Source: a candidate division WWE3 bacterium
GTDB lineage: Bacteria; Patescibacteriota; WWE3; UBA101185; UBA10185
Assembly: GCA_052035175.1 (NCBI GenBank)
Contig: JBPOHV010000001.1
Coordinates: forward strand, 366,773-430,772
Direction: 5' to 3'
Length of the DNA: 64,000 nucleotides
The notes under the pieces are model-generated. The model was given only the letters and a program-made list of their open reading frames with translations, ran no database searches and had not been told where the DNA came from. Position numbers and translations under genes: made by a program. This document shows, one piece after another, positions 63,859 through 64,000 of the stretch (its first letter is position 1; each line of letters begins with the position of its first letter).

Positions 63859-64000
63859 ATGCAAGAAATATCATTATCACTTAATAACAATGTTTTAAAG
63901 CTTACAGTTTTACATAAAGGTGCTTATAAAAAGATTTCTGCGCATGTTCCATCGGATATATGTGAGGGGAGCAAGATACTAGATCAAGATGGGTTCAATA
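63859..64000 (+). CDS. partial ORF (5' fragment), unknown function
   Basis: ATG 63859, MQEISLSLNNNVLKL..., runs off the end of the window. Confidence 0.2.
   Translation, partial: MQEISLSLNNNVLKLTVLHKGAYKKISAHVPSDICEGSKILDQDGFN

Noticed and set aside
1-64000. CRISPR arrays, transposases/integrases, rRNA genes
   Set aside because: No regularly spaced direct repeats, no DDE/tyrosine/serine recombinase ORFs and no rRNA-like conserved stretches were seen. The cassette-like regions carry no recombinase, so they are not called mobile elements.

Overview
This window is a low-GC (roughly one-third GC by eye), gene-dense bacterial chromosome segment. Genes frequently overlap at stop/start codons and most have no Shine-Dalgarno sequence, which is consistent with a small-genome uncultivated lineage (Patescibacteria/CPR-like). 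That lineage assignment is inference only.

The gene content, in map order:
- 0.2-14.7 kb: a cell-envelope glycan locus with four GT4 glycosyltransferases, a Wzx-like flippase, a PglC/WbaP-type initiating phosphoglycosyltransferase, a fused O-antigen-ligase/GT-C (PMT/ArnT-like) protein and a large exported protein. A Sun-family rRNA methyltransferase and an ABC-F ATPase lie inside the same stretch.
- 14.7-18.2 kb: recO, a secreted hypothetical protein and glyQS-type GlyRS.
- 19.2-20.1 kb: a methyltransferase cassette bracketed by GC-rich palindromic repeats, next to an alkyltransferase-like (ATL, Cys->Trp) DNA-repair protein.
- 20.2-24.7 kb: mraZ-rsmH-ftsL-ftsI and a convergent LCP-family gene.
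- 24.7-25.6 kb: about 1 kb of apparently noncoding DNA.
- 25.6-31.2 kb: a minimal two-component pair, then PEP synthase, enolase and a phosphoglycerate mutase family gene.
- 31.9-35.3 kb: lexA, a GC-rich secreted-protein cassette flanked by inverted repeats, and uvrB.
- 35.3-38.0 kb: two hypothetical genes.
- 38.1-41.4 kb: a GC-rich island of six small exported or membrane proteins with strong AAGGAG ribosome-binding sites, separated by a hairpin repeat family showing compensatory base changes and a shared terminator motif.
- 41.4-43.1 kb: an uncharacterized two-gene operon on the minus strand.
- 43.3-49.5 kb: uvrA, a large transglutaminase-like exported protein and uvrC.
- 49.9-56.9 kb: a second division/cell-wall block, secG-murA(-like)-ftsW-murG-ftsQ-ftsA-ftsZ.
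- 57.1-63.8 kb: class II (B12-dependent) ribonucleotide reductase, IleRS and a RodA-like SEDS protein.

A conserved TTCGGG-centred motif lies upstream of lexA, uvrB and in the uvrA divergent promoter, and is proposed as the SOS operator. The best candidates for previously undescribed systems are the 38-41 kb island, the 32.6-33.2 kb cassette, the 35.3-38.0 kb pair and the 41.4-43.1 kb operon. No rRNA, tRNA, CRISPR array, transposase or integrase was recognised.
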